From positions 224,001 through 288,000 of the forward strand of contig CAXXWQ010000002.1 in the NCBI GenBank assembly GCA_963674945.2: DNA of 64,000 nucleotides, in the 5' to 3' direction. The stretch is from an uncultured Desulfosarcina sp. GTDB lineage: Bacteria > Desulfobacterota > Desulfobacteria > Desulfobacterales > Desulfosarcinaceae. Made by a program: the position numbers and the translations under genes. Shown in pieces: positions 42,760-53,741 of this stretch (its first letter is position 1; every line of letters begins with the position of its first letter). The notes below the pieces were generated by a model. It worked only from the letters and a program-made list of their open reading frames with translations. It ran no database searches and was not told the DNA's origin.

Positions 42760-44350
42760 AGCCCAATCCAGATATCACCTTCGCAATAATTTCGTCGAAT
42801 TTGATATAGTGCCGTATCAAGACGCGGCCGCGTTTGGGAAAGTCGGGTTTGCATGCAAGCAGGTCTTTGCCGGCTTGAATTCCCTCTTCGATTCTTCCCA
42901 ACAAACCCAATATAGCGGCTTTCATGAGTGGCTCCCAAAATAGCAGGGGCCTTTTGAAATGAAGGGTTTCATCGTACGCCCGGTCGTATTTCTCCTGCCG
43001 GACCCAATCGACCCACAACGCGTAGTGAACGGTAATGTTATAGTACGGGTTTTGTTCGATGGTTTGCCTGATGAGCGCCGGACCCCGTTGCCAGTCGCCG
43101 AAAAGGGTCATGAGGTATCCAAAATTTTCAAGAAAAACCAATGAGTTCGGATTCAATTGCAATGCACGGTCGACCTCGGCCAGACCCGCAGAGAGTTCAT
43201 TTTCAAACAACAGAATGAAGGCCATGACTGTCCTGACCCGTTGGTTGGCCGGTTCGAGTCTTACACTTTTCTCGGCATAGATTTTGGCTTTGTCGATGGG
43301 TGTTTTTAGGTCGAGCAATTCCAGGCTGTAATTGAGGGAATAGAGGCGGGCGAGCATGCTCCATGCGAGTCCACACTCCGGCTCTTTTTCACACGCCTGC
43401 CGGAGTGCCGCAAAGGAATCCATAAAGGTCTGGGGGGAAAAGTCCATCAAAAACTGGTAAAATCGCAGGATCGCCTGGTGGGTACTAAGCTCCAAGGGGG
43501 GGATTCTTTTGGACTCAATCGACAGGGTTTTCACGATCACCCCATCTTCACTGGTGATCTTACCGACAACCGCCGCGGCAATTCTCTCCTCGAAGGAAAT
43601 CAGCCGGGAGGGGTTGAAATCGGATTGATACGCGTCCATCCAGATATGAATGCCCGTTTGTGCGTCGGCCAGACTGACGATCACTTTCAGGCCGGTCATA
43701 TCCTTGTTGACACTTCCGCAGAGCACGAAGCGTGCCCCGATATCCGTGGCACGTCGCAGACCTTTCTCGGGGCTTTGCCGCAGAACACGGATCTCCTGGT
43801 AGCGCGTGATTTCCAGGGCGATCTCCGTGGCGATACCAATCCCGATGTAATCCAACTCCCCATTGCCGGTAAGGTTCTCCAGTGACTGAACGAGGATTGT
43901 GGGCCAGACGTTGGCTTCGGATGACGCAAGTTTTTCGTTGGGTTGAATCGGTCTTTGAAAGCCGACATTTTCTGTCCGGTGAAATACGGGGACGTAGGTG
44001 CCCTTGGGGATGTCGATGCGGATGGGATCGTTTCGGCCGGCCACCAGATAGTAGCGTTCAAGTGCCCTCCGGAGCTTGTTGGCCTGAATGCTCACGATGG
44101 GATCGGTTGCCTGGTCGAAATCATCTTGCCGACCGAACACCTCGGTTGCGACCGTGTATCCCTTGATTTCGTCCGCCTGCCCGGCCAGGGCTTTGTTGAT
44201 CACATATTGGAAGAATGCGCGCTGGGCATCCGTGGCTTTGAACTCGGCAGAGTTCAAGATACGGTCCGACTGCGCATGAATGGCCGAAGGTGGAAATTCG
44301 GCGTCCTCCACATGGGCCGTTACCGGTTTCGTTATTTTACTCTTGGGCAT
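42737..44350 (-). CDS. Putative regulator: N-terminal helical DNA-binding-like domain, TolB-like domain and TPRs
   Basis: IKGYTVATEVFGR..FD...DPIVSIQANKLRRALERYY..IPKGTYVP; C-terminal TPR helices. Confidence 0.8.
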   Translation of the reverse strand: MPKSKITKPVTAHVEDAEFPPSAIHAQSDRILNSAEFKATDAQRAFFQYVINKALAGQADEIKGYTVATEVFGRQDDFDQATDPIVSIQANKLRRALERYYLVAGRNDPIRIDIPKGTYVPVFHRTENVGFQRPIQPNEKLASSEANVWPTILVQSLENLTGNGELDYIGIGIATEIALEITRYQEIRVLRQSPEKGLRRATDIGARFVLCGSVNKDMTGLKVIVSLADAQTGIHIWMDAYQSDFNPSRLISFEERIAAAVVGKITSEDGVIVKTLSIESKRIPPLELSTHQAILRFYQFLMDFSPQTFMDSFAALRQACEKEPECGLAWSMLARLYSLNYSLELLDLKTPIDKAKIYAEKSVRLEPANQRVRTVMAFILLFENELSAGLAEVDRALQLNPNSLVFLENFGYLMTLFGDWQRGPALIRQTIEQNPYYNITVHYALWVDWVRQEKYDRAYDETLHFKRPLLFWEPLMKAAILGLLGRIEEGIQAGKDLLACKPDFPKRGRVLIRHYIKFDEIIAKVISGLGCVGIEVE

Positions 44351-44610
44351 TATTCGCCCCTTATCTTCACAGTGTGTTTCCAGCCAATGGGAATTCTGGC
44401 GGTGTCACAACCGGGCGTGATCTGGTGCCCGTCAGGAAATCCCTTTTCGGGATAGTTGTTCGCATTTTAATCAGGGAACTGTTAGCGGCGTGCTAAAAAA
44501 ACGAGACGTAATTTAACCTATAATAGGTTTTCATGGTTCCCATTTCCTATTACATAATTTTTTGAGATATTCAATATTCTATGCCCCCCAAAGATGCAAC
44601 GGGTGAATTT

Positions 44611-44862
44611 ATGTCGGTGATCCAACCAGGTCTGTTTTTGGTCATGATGCGATTTCCACCGTACAGAGATAGACTACGCCGCATGTATCGAAACCACCAG
44701 TCGTTTCAGTCCCTCTGCGAAGATTATGAAAAATGCTCCCGTGCAAAGGCATACTGGATGAGGTCCAGGCATGATCAGGCGGAACAGAGGTATCGCGAAT
44801 ACCAGAAATTGATAGAAGAGCTGGAGATGGAGATCCGGCAGCGTATCGATGAGATGCGATAA
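44611..44862 (+). CDS. Small hypothetical protein
   Basis: RFP....FQSLCEDY..C.....YW...Y..L..ELE.EI pattern; divergent from the regulator. Confidence 0.7.
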   Translation: MSVIQPGLFLVMMRFPPYRDRLRRMYRNHQSFQSLCEDYEKCSRAKAYWMRSRHDQAEQRYREYQKLIEELEMEIRQRIDEMR

Positions 44863-44903
44863 ACCACTCAACCATTTTCCGTGAAAAAAGGAGAGGCACC
44901 CCA

Positions 44904-46010
44904 ATGAAAAAAGGAAGCAGCTGCATTTTCGCAATCCTCATCGCCGTGATTGCGTTGACCTCAATCGACACCCAGGCCTTCGAGATCATCACCCGTGAGA
45001 TGATGGAAAGAGAGGTCGTCACGGAAGTCGATCTGATTCGAACCGTGGACAATTTCATCATCCTGTTCGATACATCCGGTACGACCAACCAAATGGTGCC
45101 CGGCACCTCCATTTCGAAAATCCAGGCCGCCAAGGCATTTTTGAAGGAACGCAATAGCTGGCTGCCGGAGCTGGGCTTTGAGGCGGGTCTGTACGAGTAC
45201 ACCAACAATGAGACCCTTGCCGGAACCTTCAAGGAGATCTACGGGATGAGGCCGTATGACCGCGAATCTTTCGCTGCGGCCATCGACCAACTGCCGGAAA
45301 AGGGCCAGGGACCGGCCATGCTGGGGGAAGGTCTTCGTGGCCTGCGCAAGGTGCTCGCCGGTCTTACCGGAAAGACGGCGGTCATCATGTTTACCGACGG
45401 CAGCTTCACGGTCAATCGCGGCACCAAGCGTCCCTTGCAGATCGCCCAGGAGATCGCCGCACAGCACGATGTCTGTTTCTATCTGATCAGCAGTGCCACG
45501 GAATCGGTCAATGTCCAGTTGCTGGAAGCGGTTTCTAAGGTCAACGCCTGCTCCCGCGTCGTTCCCATCCAGCTGTTTATAGAATATCCGCAATATCTGG
45601 GCGGCGCCCTGTTTACCGTCAGATCAACCAGCTATGAACGTCTGCGGCCAACCACCAAAGTCGTCGGTTTCGTCGCCCAGGATATGCTGTTCGATTTTGA
45701 CAGTCCGCAGATCCGGGAAGATTATTTCGAAAAACTCGGCATGCTGGGCGATTACCTGAAAAAAAATCCCAAGGCTTACGTGGTGGCTGCGGGCTTCACC
45801 GACGACACCGGCGACGAGGATTACAATCTGGCGCTCTCAAAGCGGCGTGTCTCCAGCGTCAAGGATCATCTCGTAACAAACTATGGAATCGATCCGGACC
45901 GTATCGTGACCCTGTGGTTCGGTGGGTTTAATCCCGTCGCCGATAACGGCACCCCCCCAGGCCGGCAGCGAAACCGCCGGGTTGAGGTTGCCGTGGGCAC
46001 CGGAAACTAA
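44904..46010 (+). CDS. vWA-like plus OmpA peptidoglycan-binding domain protein
   Basis: Signal peptide; FDTSGT (MIDAS-like), FTDG; FDFDS, GFTDDTG...YN..LSKRR, NRRVE. Confidence 0.88.
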   Translation: MKKGSSCIFAILIAVIALTSIDTQAFEIITREMMEREVVTEVDLIRTVDNFIILFDTSGTTNQMVPGTSISKIQAAKAFLKERNSWLPELGFEAGLYEYTNNETLAGTFKEIYGMRPYDRESFAAAIDQLPEKGQGPAMLGEGLRGLRKVLAGLTGKTAVIMFTDGSFTVNRGTKRPLQIAQEIAAQHDVCFYLISSATESVNVQLLEAVSKVNACSRVVPIQLFIEYPQYLGGALFTVRSTSYERLRPTTKVVGFVAQDMLFDFDSPQIREDYFEKLGMLGDYLKKNPKAYVVAAGFTDDTGDEDYNLALSKRRVSSVKDHLVTNYGIDPDRIVTLWFGGFNPVADNGTPPGRQRNRRVEVAVGTGN

Positions 46011-46029
46011 CCAATCCTGGAGAATCCTC

Positions 46030-47559
46030 ATGGGAAAATCTTTCACAATCAAACTCGCTCTACTCCTTATCTTCTCGGTGGTGGGGAGCGGGTGTGTCCA
46101 CACCGTCGCCCCTCCCCAAATGCGCATGACCACACAGATTCCTGAATCGATCATCGTTCCGGACAAGATCGAGACAAGATTGGGTACACTCGAGTTCTTC
46201 GACGGGTTCCCTGCGGATGAAACCGTCCAGAAAATGCATGACTATCTCTATTTTCACAGGGCCGTCGATGTGTTTCTGGATGAGATGAGCGCGGCTTCCA
46301 TTTTCGCAATTCGTGAGGGACTCAAAAGTGTCGGGGTCCATGAATGCCACCAGATGGCCCTCTTCGAAAGCCTGATGGATTCTAAAGCGCTGTGGCTGAC
46401 CGCCAATACGGAAACGGTATATGCCTCCAATTTTCTCGATCTGAAAAAAGACGGGCCCGTCGTGATCGAATCTCCGCCCAATGTCCTGGGCATTTTAGAC
46501 GACATGTGGATGCGCTATGTGGGCGATATCGGCAATGCCGGCCCGGACAAAGGACAGGGCGGCAAATTCCTGATCCTTCCTCCCGGGTTCGACGGCGATG
46601 TTCCTGAGGGTTACCACGTGTTTCGGTCCAGAACGTACGGCGTGTGGTTTATCGTCAGGGGGTTTTTCGTCGATGGCGATCCCGGACCGGCAGTGGAAAG
46701 CTTCCGGCGTGACCTCCGCATCTATCCTCTCTCAGCAGCCGACAATCCTCCGGCCATGGCGTTTATAAATGCCTCGGGTGTGCCTCACAATACCATCCAC
46801 GCCAATAATCATATGTTTTATGAAGAGCTGAACGCCGTTGTGCAGGAGGAACATGAGGACGCCATCGATGCCGAAAGAAAAGGCAGACTGGCCCTGCTGG
46901 GCATCATCAAAGGCCATGCCTTCAACCCGGCTGAGCGCCTGAAGTTGATCATGGATGAATCGGCCTATACGGGCGCCGCCATTGCCAGGACCCTCTCCTG
47001 GGCATCCACCGACCCAACGGTCTTTTTCTACGAGGATGATCCCACCTGGTTCAGCGCCTTTGCCATTGGAAATCATGAGTTCTTGTCCAAAGAGGGATGG
47101 CTGCACCGGGATGCCCGCACCATGTTCATGTACAACGCCATCGGCATCACCCCGGCCATGGCGGTGGCCATGCCGGGCGTCGGCTCTCAATATGCTGCCG
47201 CGGCAAAGGATTCGGAAGGGAACTGGCTGGATGGGAGCAAAACCTACAAACTGACATTGCCGCCGAATGTGCCGGCCAAGGATTTCTGGTCGGTGGTGTT
47301 GTATGACCCCCAGACCCGCTCCATGCTGCAGAGCGATCAACAGTTCCCGAGCCTCAACAGCCAGAGTGGAAAGGTTGAGATAAACGATGACGGTTCAACC
47401 GATGTTTATTTCGGTCCCGAAGCCCCGGCATACAAGGAGAACAATTGGGTGCAGACGGTTTCCGGTAAAGGTTTCTGGCTCATTCTTCGGTTGTACGGTC
47501 CTTTGGAACCCTGGTTTGACAAAACCTGGCGGCCGGGAAAAATTGAATTGATTGAGTAA
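46030..47559 (+). CDS. DUF1254/DUF1214 lipoprotein
   Basis: Lipobox GSGC; LTANTETVY, GPDKGQGGKFL, GSQYA, FWSVVLYD, LRLYGPLEPWF. Confidence 0.9.
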   Translation: MGKSFTIKLALLLIFSVVGSGCVHTVAPPQMRMTTQIPESIIVPDKIETRLGTLEFFDGFPADETVQKMHDYLYFHRAVDVFLDEMSAASIFAIREGLKSVGVHECHQMALFESLMDSKALWLTANTETVYASNFLDLKKDGPVVIESPPNVLGILDDMWMRYVGDIGNAGPDKGQGGKFLILPPGFDGDVPEGYHVFRSRTYGVWFIVRGFFVDGDPGPAVESFRRDLRIYPLSAADNPPAMAFINASGVPHNTIHANNHMFYEELNAVVQEEHEDAIDAERKGRLALLGIIKGHAFNPAERLKLIMDESAYTGAAIARTLSWASTDPTVFFYEDDPTWFSAFAIGNHEFLSKEGWLHRDARTMFMYNAIGITPAMAVAMPGVGSQYAAAAKDSEGNWLDGSKTYKLTLPPNVPAKDFWSVVLYDPQTRSMLQSDQQFPSLNSQSGKVEINDDGSTDVYFGPEAPAYKENNWVQTVSGKGFWLILRLYGPLEPWFDKTWRPGKIELIE

Positions 47560-47589
47560 GAAAAAAGTACACGAAAGGGAGAGATCAAT

Positions 47590-49128
47590 ATGAATGATTT
47601 CAAAAAAATGAGCAAAGGATTTCTCGTTGCCTGCATGGTCACTCTTTTCCTGTCAAGCATCGTCGGCGCAAAAGAAATTCCAAAGGGCTATAACACACCG
47701 ATTCCCAGTTCCATCATGACACCGGACAAGGTGAAAACCCGCATTGGAACGCTCGAATTCTTTGACGGTGTCCCGTCCAAAGAAACAGCGAAAGTGGCTC
47801 TTGATAACTTGACCTTTCTTCGCGGCGTGGAGGCCTTTCTCAACGGCGTGCCCATGGCATCCATCCATGCGCTTGTGGAAGGATATAAAAGTATCGGGGT
47901 CACGGAAGCGAACCATATGATCGTGACCGATAAATTGATGGACTCAAATCCGCTCTTTCTCACAGCCAACACGGATACGGTGTATGCCTTCAGTTTCTTC
48001 GATCTGGAGAAAACCGGGCCGCTGGTCATTGAAGTCCCGCCGGGAACAGGGCCGGGAACGGTCAATGACGCCTATTTCCGTTTTGTTGTGGATATGGGAG
48101 CGCCGGGTCCGGATCGAGGCAAAGGCGGAAAATACCTGATCCTTCCTCCGGGTTATGAGAAAGAGGCGCCAGAGGGGTACTTTGTCGCGAAATCGCCAAG
48201 CTACATCAACCTGTTCGTTCTCAGAGGATTTCTTGTGGACGGCAAACCCGATTCAGCCGCCAAAATGTTCTCCGAGCAGGTGCATGTCTATCCGCTCTCC
48301 CAAAAAGACAACCCGCCCAAGATGGTGATCACCTCGGGATCGGGCGTCTCATACAACACCATCCACGCCAATGACTTCACCTTTTATGAAGAGATAAACG
48401 ATGTGCTGCAAAAAGAACCCGTTGATTTCATCGATCCGGAACTGCGCGGCCTGTTCGCCGGTATCGGCCTGCAAAAAGGCAAAGAATTCAAGCCGACGCC
48501 AGAGCTTAAAAAGATCCTGACCGATGCGGTGGCCGTGGCCAATGCCACGGCACGCGCCTTGATTTTCCATACTCCCCAGAAAGAGGCCTACCTGTATGAG
48601 AACTCCTATTGGAAGACAGCCTTTATCGGCGGCAACCATGAGTGGCTCAAAGATGAAGGCACGGGCGGACGCTACCTGGATGCACGCACCCTCTTTTTCT
48701 ATGGTGCGACGGTGAACACCCCTGCCATGGTGATGCAAATGGTGGGTGTGGGATCGCAATACGCCATGATTACCCAGGACAGTAAGGGGAACGTTCTGGA
48801 TGGCGGGAAAACCTATAAGTTGAATATCCCGGCCAACGTACCGGCCAAGGATTTCTGGTCGGTTGTGATCTATGACCCGCAAACGCGATCAGAACTACAA
48901 ACCTCCAATCCCTTCCCGAGCAAAAACAGCGAGGCCGACAAGATGGTCGCCAATGCCGACGGGTCCATCGACCTCTACTTCGGGCCTGAAGCACCCAAAG
49001 GCAAAGAAAACAACTGGATAGAAACCGTGCCCGACAAATCCTGGTTTCCGATCCTGCGCCTTTATGGCCCCCTGGAACCATGGTTTGAGAAGACCTGGAA
49101 ACCTGGTGAGATCGAGCTGGTCAAATAA
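47590..49128 (+). CDS. DUF1254/DUF1214 exported protein, tandem paralogue
   Basis: Same motifs: LTANTDTVY, GPDRGKGGKYL, LRLYGPLEPWF. Confidence 0.9.
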   Translation: MNDFKKMSKGFLVACMVTLFLSSIVGAKEIPKGYNTPIPSSIMTPDKVKTRIGTLEFFDGVPSKETAKVALDNLTFLRGVEAFLNGVPMASIHALVEGYKSIGVTEANHMIVTDKLMDSNPLFLTANTDTVYAFSFFDLEKTGPLVIEVPPGTGPGTVNDAYFRFVVDMGAPGPDRGKGGKYLILPPGYEKEAPEGYFVAKSPSYINLFVLRGFLVDGKPDSAAKMFSEQVHVYPLSQKDNPPKMVITSGSGVSYNTIHANDFTFYEEINDVLQKEPVDFIDPELRGLFAGIGLQKGKEFKPTPELKKILTDAVAVANATARALIFHTPQKEAYLYENSYWKTAFIGGNHEWLKDEGTGGRYLDARTLFFYGATVNTPAMVMQMVGVGSQYAMITQDSKGNVLDGGKTYKLNIPANVPAKDFWSVVIYDPQTRSELQTSNPFPSKNSEADKMVANADGSIDLYFGPEAPKGKENNWIETVPDKSWFPILRLYGPLEPWFEKTWKPGEIELVK

Positions 49129-49261
49129 CTGCCGCAGGTTGTCCCAGGAATCGGCAACAGCCTGCTGCCCTATAGGCCACGGTCAGATTAACGTGTGACA
49201 TATTGCTGCTCCAATACAGGGATCAACGGTTCGAGAGAAATTATACCATTAAGGAGGTATC

Positions 49262-51736
49262 ATGAAAGTATTGAAGACCGTAATTATCTTTTTAGGAATT
49301 CTCTTCATTGCGTCCTGCAATCAGGCGGATGTCGCTCAAAAAACTGAAGACAGCAATCAGGTGGCCGTCGATCAAAAGATCGGAGACAGCAACGCCATCC
49401 CCTATCCGTTGGAGGAATGGAAAGGAGTCCAGGGCAAAACACTGGCGGACTCGAAACCCGATTTTATCGGACAACCCAAAGCGCCTGAAGGGGCTCCCAA
49501 TGTCCTGGTGATCATGCTGGATGATGCCGGTTATTCGAGTGCGACATCCTACGGGGGCGTCATGCGCACCCCCACGTTCGACCGTCTGGGGGACGAAGGC
49601 ATTCGATACACGCACATGTCCGTGGCTGCGGTTTGTTCACCCACCCGGGGCTCGCTGTTGACCGGCTACAATATTCACCAGATCGGCACCGGCATCATTT
49701 CAGAGTTTGCAACCGGCTATCCGGGGTACAATTCACAGATCGACTACACCACCCCATCCATTGCCAAGATTTTAACCGACAATGGATATGCCACGGCGGC
49801 TTTCGGCAAATGGCACAACACCCCCATGGAAGAGGCCTCGCCTGCCGGTCCTTTCGAGAGCTGGCCCACGGGCATCTGGGGGTTCGAGTATTTCTGGGGC
49901 TTTTTGGGCGGCGAGACCAACCAGTTCCACCCCTTATTATACGAAAACACCACGGCCATTGAAACTCCGAAAACCAATGCCGATGGATCGGAATTCCATT
50001 TATCCCAGGGTATGGCCGACCAGGCCATCAAATGGCTGGACAACTGGAAAGGGCTGCGGGATGTGCCTTTCTTTGTCTACTACACGCCGGGTGCGGTTCA
50101 TGCGCCCATCCAGGTACCCAAAGAGTGGCGCGACAAGTACAAGGGACAGTTCGATGAAGGCTGGCATGCCTATAGGGCCCAGCAACTTGAACGCCAGAAA
50201 AAGCTGGGTCTGGTTCCCGAAGATGCCAAAATGGTTGATTGGCCTGAATCCATTCCCAAATGGGATTCCTTCAGCGAGGAGGGGAAACGGTATTTATCAC
50301 GGCAGATGGAGGTCAATGCCGCTTTTCTGGAACACGTCGATTATCACATCGGACGGGTTATCGACCATATCGAGGAAATGGGCGAGCTGGACAACACCCT
50401 GGTGATTTATCTGACCGCGGACAACGGCTGCACCGCTGAAGGAACGCCCACCGGAACATTTTCCGAGCTGTTGATGCAGAACGGGTTCCCGCCACTGACC
50501 ATGGAACAGCAGCTGGAAAAACTCGAAGAGTTCGGAGGAATGGATGCCTGGGGCGGGCCGCACCTGGCCAACCATTATTCGGTCGGATGGGCGTATGCCT
50601 CATCCACCCCGTTCCAGTGGACCAAGCAGATGGCGTCCCATTTCGGCGGGACCATGTCCGCCACGGCCATACGATACCCCAAAGCCATTAAGGCCAGAGG
50701 AGAATGGCGAAGACAATTTCAGAACGTTACTGATTTGGTTCCCACGATTCTGGAAGTGACCGGTGTTCCTGCTCCCGATTATGTAAACGGACAGAAAAGA
50801 AAAGAATATCCGGGTAAATCGCTGACCTATGCATGGAACAATCCCGATGCCAAAACCAACCATCCCACCCAGTATTTTGAAATGCTGGGCTTCATGGGAC
50901 TGTATCATGACGGCTGGACCCTCTCCGGGAAGCCTTATCGTATTCCCTGGTCAGTTGATCCCGCGGCCCTTGCAAACTTCGATCCCCTGAATACAGAATG
51001 GGAACTGTATAATATTAATGAAGACCCCATCCAGCAGGTGAATGTGGCGGACAAGTACCCGAAAAAAGTTAAAGAACTGGATAAACTGTTCTGGGAAGAG
51101 GCGGACAAGTACGATGTGTATCCGATTGGTGGATCAATGGGTAAAATGCTGCAACCGGAATCCAATGCGCAGCAGGCAGCAAAACGGCATTGGGAGTTGA
51201 CGCCCAATGTATACCGGGTGCCCGAACTGGCAGGGCCCGAGATCAAATCCACCAACTATGAGGTCAATGCCTACATCACGGCCGACGAAACGACCGAGGG
51301 CGTGATTTATGCGGTGGGCGAGCATATCGGCGGCCAGGCCCTGTTTATCAAAGACGGGAAACTGAGATACAGCTATTCCACGCTTGGTCTGTACTGGCAC
51401 GATTTCGACGGCGATGTGAAAATACCGCACGGTGATATTAAGATCACCTTGAAACATACCATGAAAGAGCAAAAACTGAACGGCCCCTCTACCGTTGAAT
51501 TCTTCATCAACGATAAAAAGGTGGGTGAAATGGACATTACCGCGACTGTATATGGTTCTTATACAGCTCACGAAACGTTCGATATCGGCCGTGATGAAGG
51601 CATGCCGGTGAATGAGGAATATGCAGACCAGGGTAAATTTGAATTTACCCCGGGCCAGTTGCACAAGGTGGTGTTCGACATCAAGAATCCCGACGACCAG
51701 GAAACGAGTGCCACTGAGTACAGCATTATTGACTAG
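49262..51736 (+). CDS. Cys-type arylsulfatase, lipoprotein
   Basis: Lipobox IASC; PNVLVIMLDD, CSPTRGSLLTG, GKWH, DNG. Confidence 0.93.
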   Translation: MKVLKTVIIFLGILFIASCNQADVAQKTEDSNQVAVDQKIGDSNAIPYPLEEWKGVQGKTLADSKPDFIGQPKAPEGAPNVLVIMLDDAGYSSATSYGGVMRTPTFDRLGDEGIRYTHMSVAAVCSPTRGSLLTGYNIHQIGTGIISEFATGYPGYNSQIDYTTPSIAKILTDNGYATAAFGKWHNTPMEEASPAGPFESWPTGIWGFEYFWGFLGGETNQFHPLLYENTTAIETPKTNADGSEFHLSQGMADQAIKWLDNWKGLRDVPFFVYYTPGAVHAPIQVPKEWRDKYKGQFDEGWHAYRAQQLERQKKLGLVPEDAKMVDWPESIPKWDSFSEEGKRYLSRQMEVNAAFLEHVDYHIGRVIDHIEEMGELDNTLVIYLTADNGCTAEGTPTGTFSELLMQNGFPPLTMEQQLEKLEEFGGMDAWGGPHLANHYSVGWAYASSTPFQWTKQMASHFGGTMSATAIRYPKAIKARGEWRRQFQNVTDLVPTILEVTGVPAPDYVNGQKRKEYPGKSLTYAWNNPDAKTNHPTQYFEMLGFMGLYHDGWTLSGKPYRIPWSVDPAALANFDPLNTEWELYNINEDPIQQVNVADKYPKKVKELDKLFWEEADKYDVYPIGGSMGKMLQPESNAQQAAKRHWELTPNVYRVPELAGPEIKSTNYEVNAYITADETTEGVIYAVGEHIGGQALFIKDGKLRYSYSTLGLYWHDFDGDVKIPHGDIKITLKHTMKEQKLNGPSTVEFFINDKKVGEMDITATVYGSYTAHETFDIGRDEGMPVNEEYADQGKFEFTPGQLHKVVFDIKNPDDQETSATEYSIID

Positions 51737-51758
51737 ATGATGATTCATCTTAAAAAAA

Positions 51759-51804
51759 GCCGCAAGGGCTGTGGCCGCTATCCGATGGCTGCACCCTTGC
51801 GGGC
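51759..51804. terminator. Stem-loop after the sulfatase gene
   Basis: gccgcaagggctgtggcc...ggctgcacccttgcggg with an A-tract upstream. Confidence 0.5.
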
Positions 51805-51869
51805 CTTATCCCCGTTGCACTGGGCGGCGTATACCACTAGGCGGCGACGGGCAGGACATATGAGGTGTT

Positions 51870-52244
51870 ATGCACCAACTGAACATGGGCAACAACACCA
51901 GCGTCGCTGAAATCGCGACCTACAAGCCCGTGACGATCGCCCGGAACAGTGGGTTGGGTTGGAACAAGGGTACGACCGTGATTCTCCTGGACGATGCTGA
52001 AGGCAACACCTGGGTCATGAAAGGGTTCGAGTTGGGCCTCGAACCGCAATATACGTACGATGAATTCCTGGCCGCCTTGCCAGGCGTTTACCAGAAGCTC
52101 CCGGAGGGGTGGAAGGTTCGGGTCAAGACGCTGGAGGAGGATCTGATCGAGAAGCCGGAAGGCGGAGTCGCCACCATCATGAAGGACGAATTCTTCAATG
52201 TCTATGACAAGACCGGACCAGGCATGACCAACTACAAGCCCTAG
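51870..52244 (+). CDS. Hypothetical protein, probably 5'-truncated
   Basis: 124-aa ORF with coding-like composition; no signal peptide, unlike its neighbours. Confidence 0.5.
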   Translation: MHQLNMGNNTSVAEIATYKPVTIARNSGLGWNKGTTVILLDDAEGNTWVMKGFELGLEPQYTYDEFLAALPGVYQKLPEGWKVRVKTLEEDLIEKPEGGVATIMKDEFFNVYDKTGPGMTNYKP

Positions 52245-52374
52245 TCATCCGACATTGGGTCGAACGAGACACAAGCAAGGATGACTACCATGAAAACTAC
52301 GCTTCTTTCCCTGGCTCAAAATAAGAAAGATAAGCCCTATGAAAAAGAGCCCGGATAGGACAGGCAAAGTGTAC

Positions 52375-52782
52375 ATGAAACAAACAAGATTAAGCCCATG
52401 GGCATTTATCGCCGTCTGCCTGGTCCTGATGCTGACGGCCGCCGGCGTCGCCGCGGCCCAACCGCTGGATTTTAAGGTCATTGCCGGGAAATGGGCCCGC
52501 ATCGACGGCAGTTACACCCTGCAGGTCGAAGATATCACGTCCCAAGGCGCGGTAAACGTGCGCTACTTCAATCCCGGCGAAATCCATGTGGCCCAAAGCC
52601 AAGCCGGCACCCAGGAGGGCCGGATCAGGCTGTTCGTCAAACTGCAGGACAAGGGCTACCCGGGCTGCACCTACACCCTCTTCTATTATCCCGAACAGGA
52701 CGCACTGGCCGGCGTGTACTATCAGGCGGCTGTGGGGCAGACGTATGAGGTGATATTCGTCAGGCCGGGAGTAAAAAAATGA
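52375..52782 (+). CDS. Exported hypothetical protein
   Basis: Signal peptide; GKWARIDG.Y, YFNP, GYPGCTYTL.Y. Confidence 0.75.
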   Translation: MKQTRLSPWAFIAVCLVLMLTAAGVAAAQPLDFKVIAGKWARIDGSYTLQVEDITSQGAVNVRYFNPGEIHVAQSQAGTQEGRIRLFVKLQDKGYPGCTYTLFYYPEQDALAGVYYQAAVGQTYEVIFVRPGVKK

Positions 52783-53714
52783 GAATGGCAGCTTTTGTCG
52801 GCAGTGCCCTATGCATCGCCATGCTGCTGGTGTCCTGCATGAAGCAGGCAACGCCGCCTCCCGGTGCGCAAACCGGAGGCATTGAAGGCATCCAGTGGTA
52901 TCTGACGGAGGTGGGCGGGTCGCCGGTATCGCCGATGGCAGATGATAAGCAGCCCCACATTCTGCTGGATCCGGCAGAGAACCAGGCGACGGGTTTTGCG
53001 GGGTGCAACAACTTCTTCGACAGGTACGAACTTAACGGGTCTTTGCTGGCATTCGGCCCAATGGGCGCAACCCGCATGGCATGCCCGGATCTGGAGACGG
53101 GTCTGCAAACAAGCGTTTTTGATGCGCTGGAAAGGACCCGCAAATGGAAAATCGAGGGCGGGGATCTGCTGCTTCTCGATGCCGATGCCGTTCTTGCCCG
53201 CTTTAGTCAGGAGAAATACATATCCCTTGTCGGGTCGGTGCTCGCCGCGCAAAGCAAGGACGGCGCGACCGACGTTTCACAAACCTACCGGACCAAAACC
53301 GGCAAGACCATCGTCGTATCGGAAACCCACCCCGCCGGCCGGAGCCTCGGCACCATCGAGGTCAGCACCGAGGGCTTCGAGCACAATTACGGGGAAGTGT
53401 TCGAGGACCGGGACCCCATTTCGGATATCTTCACGGCGGATCTGGACGGCAACGGCTTCGACGAGATCTACATCGTCACCACGGGGGCGGGTTCCGGCAG
53501 CTATGGCACCGTCCTGGGGTTCGCCTCGAACAAGGACAAGAGCCTCTCCATGATCCATTTCCCCGAAGTGCGGGAAGGCGACTATCCCGTGTCACAGATC
53601 GACCTGCTGCCGGAGAATCAGTGCCATGAGGCGGCCTGTTCTATCGGTGACGCAGAAATATTTGGAAACGTCTGGAAAGTTTTCAGACCAGGAGAAGTTG
53701 CTCAGGTACTTTAA
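52779..53714 (+). CDS. META (HslJ)-domain lipoprotein with additional C-terminal domain
   Basis: Lipobox LVSC; GFAGCNNF, ATRMAC; DLDGNGFDEIY..GSGSYG (PliI-like). Confidence 0.8.
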   Translation: MRMAAFVGSALCIAMLLVSCMKQATPPPGAQTGGIEGIQWYLTEVGGSPVSPMADDKQPHILLDPAENQATGFAGCNNFFDRYELNGSLLAFGPMGATRMACPDLETGLQTSVFDALERTRKWKIEGGDLLLLDADAVLARFSQEKYISLVGSVLAAQSKDGATDVSQTYRTKTGKTIVVSETHPAGRSLGTIEVSTEGFEHNYGEVFEDRDPISDIFTADLDGNGFDEIYIVTTGAGSGSYGTVLGFASNKDKSLSMIHFPEVREGDYPVSQIDLLPENQCHEAACSIGDAEIFGNVWKVFRPGEVAQVL

Positions 53715-53741
53715 TCTGATCATTTAAAGAAGGAGGAAATT

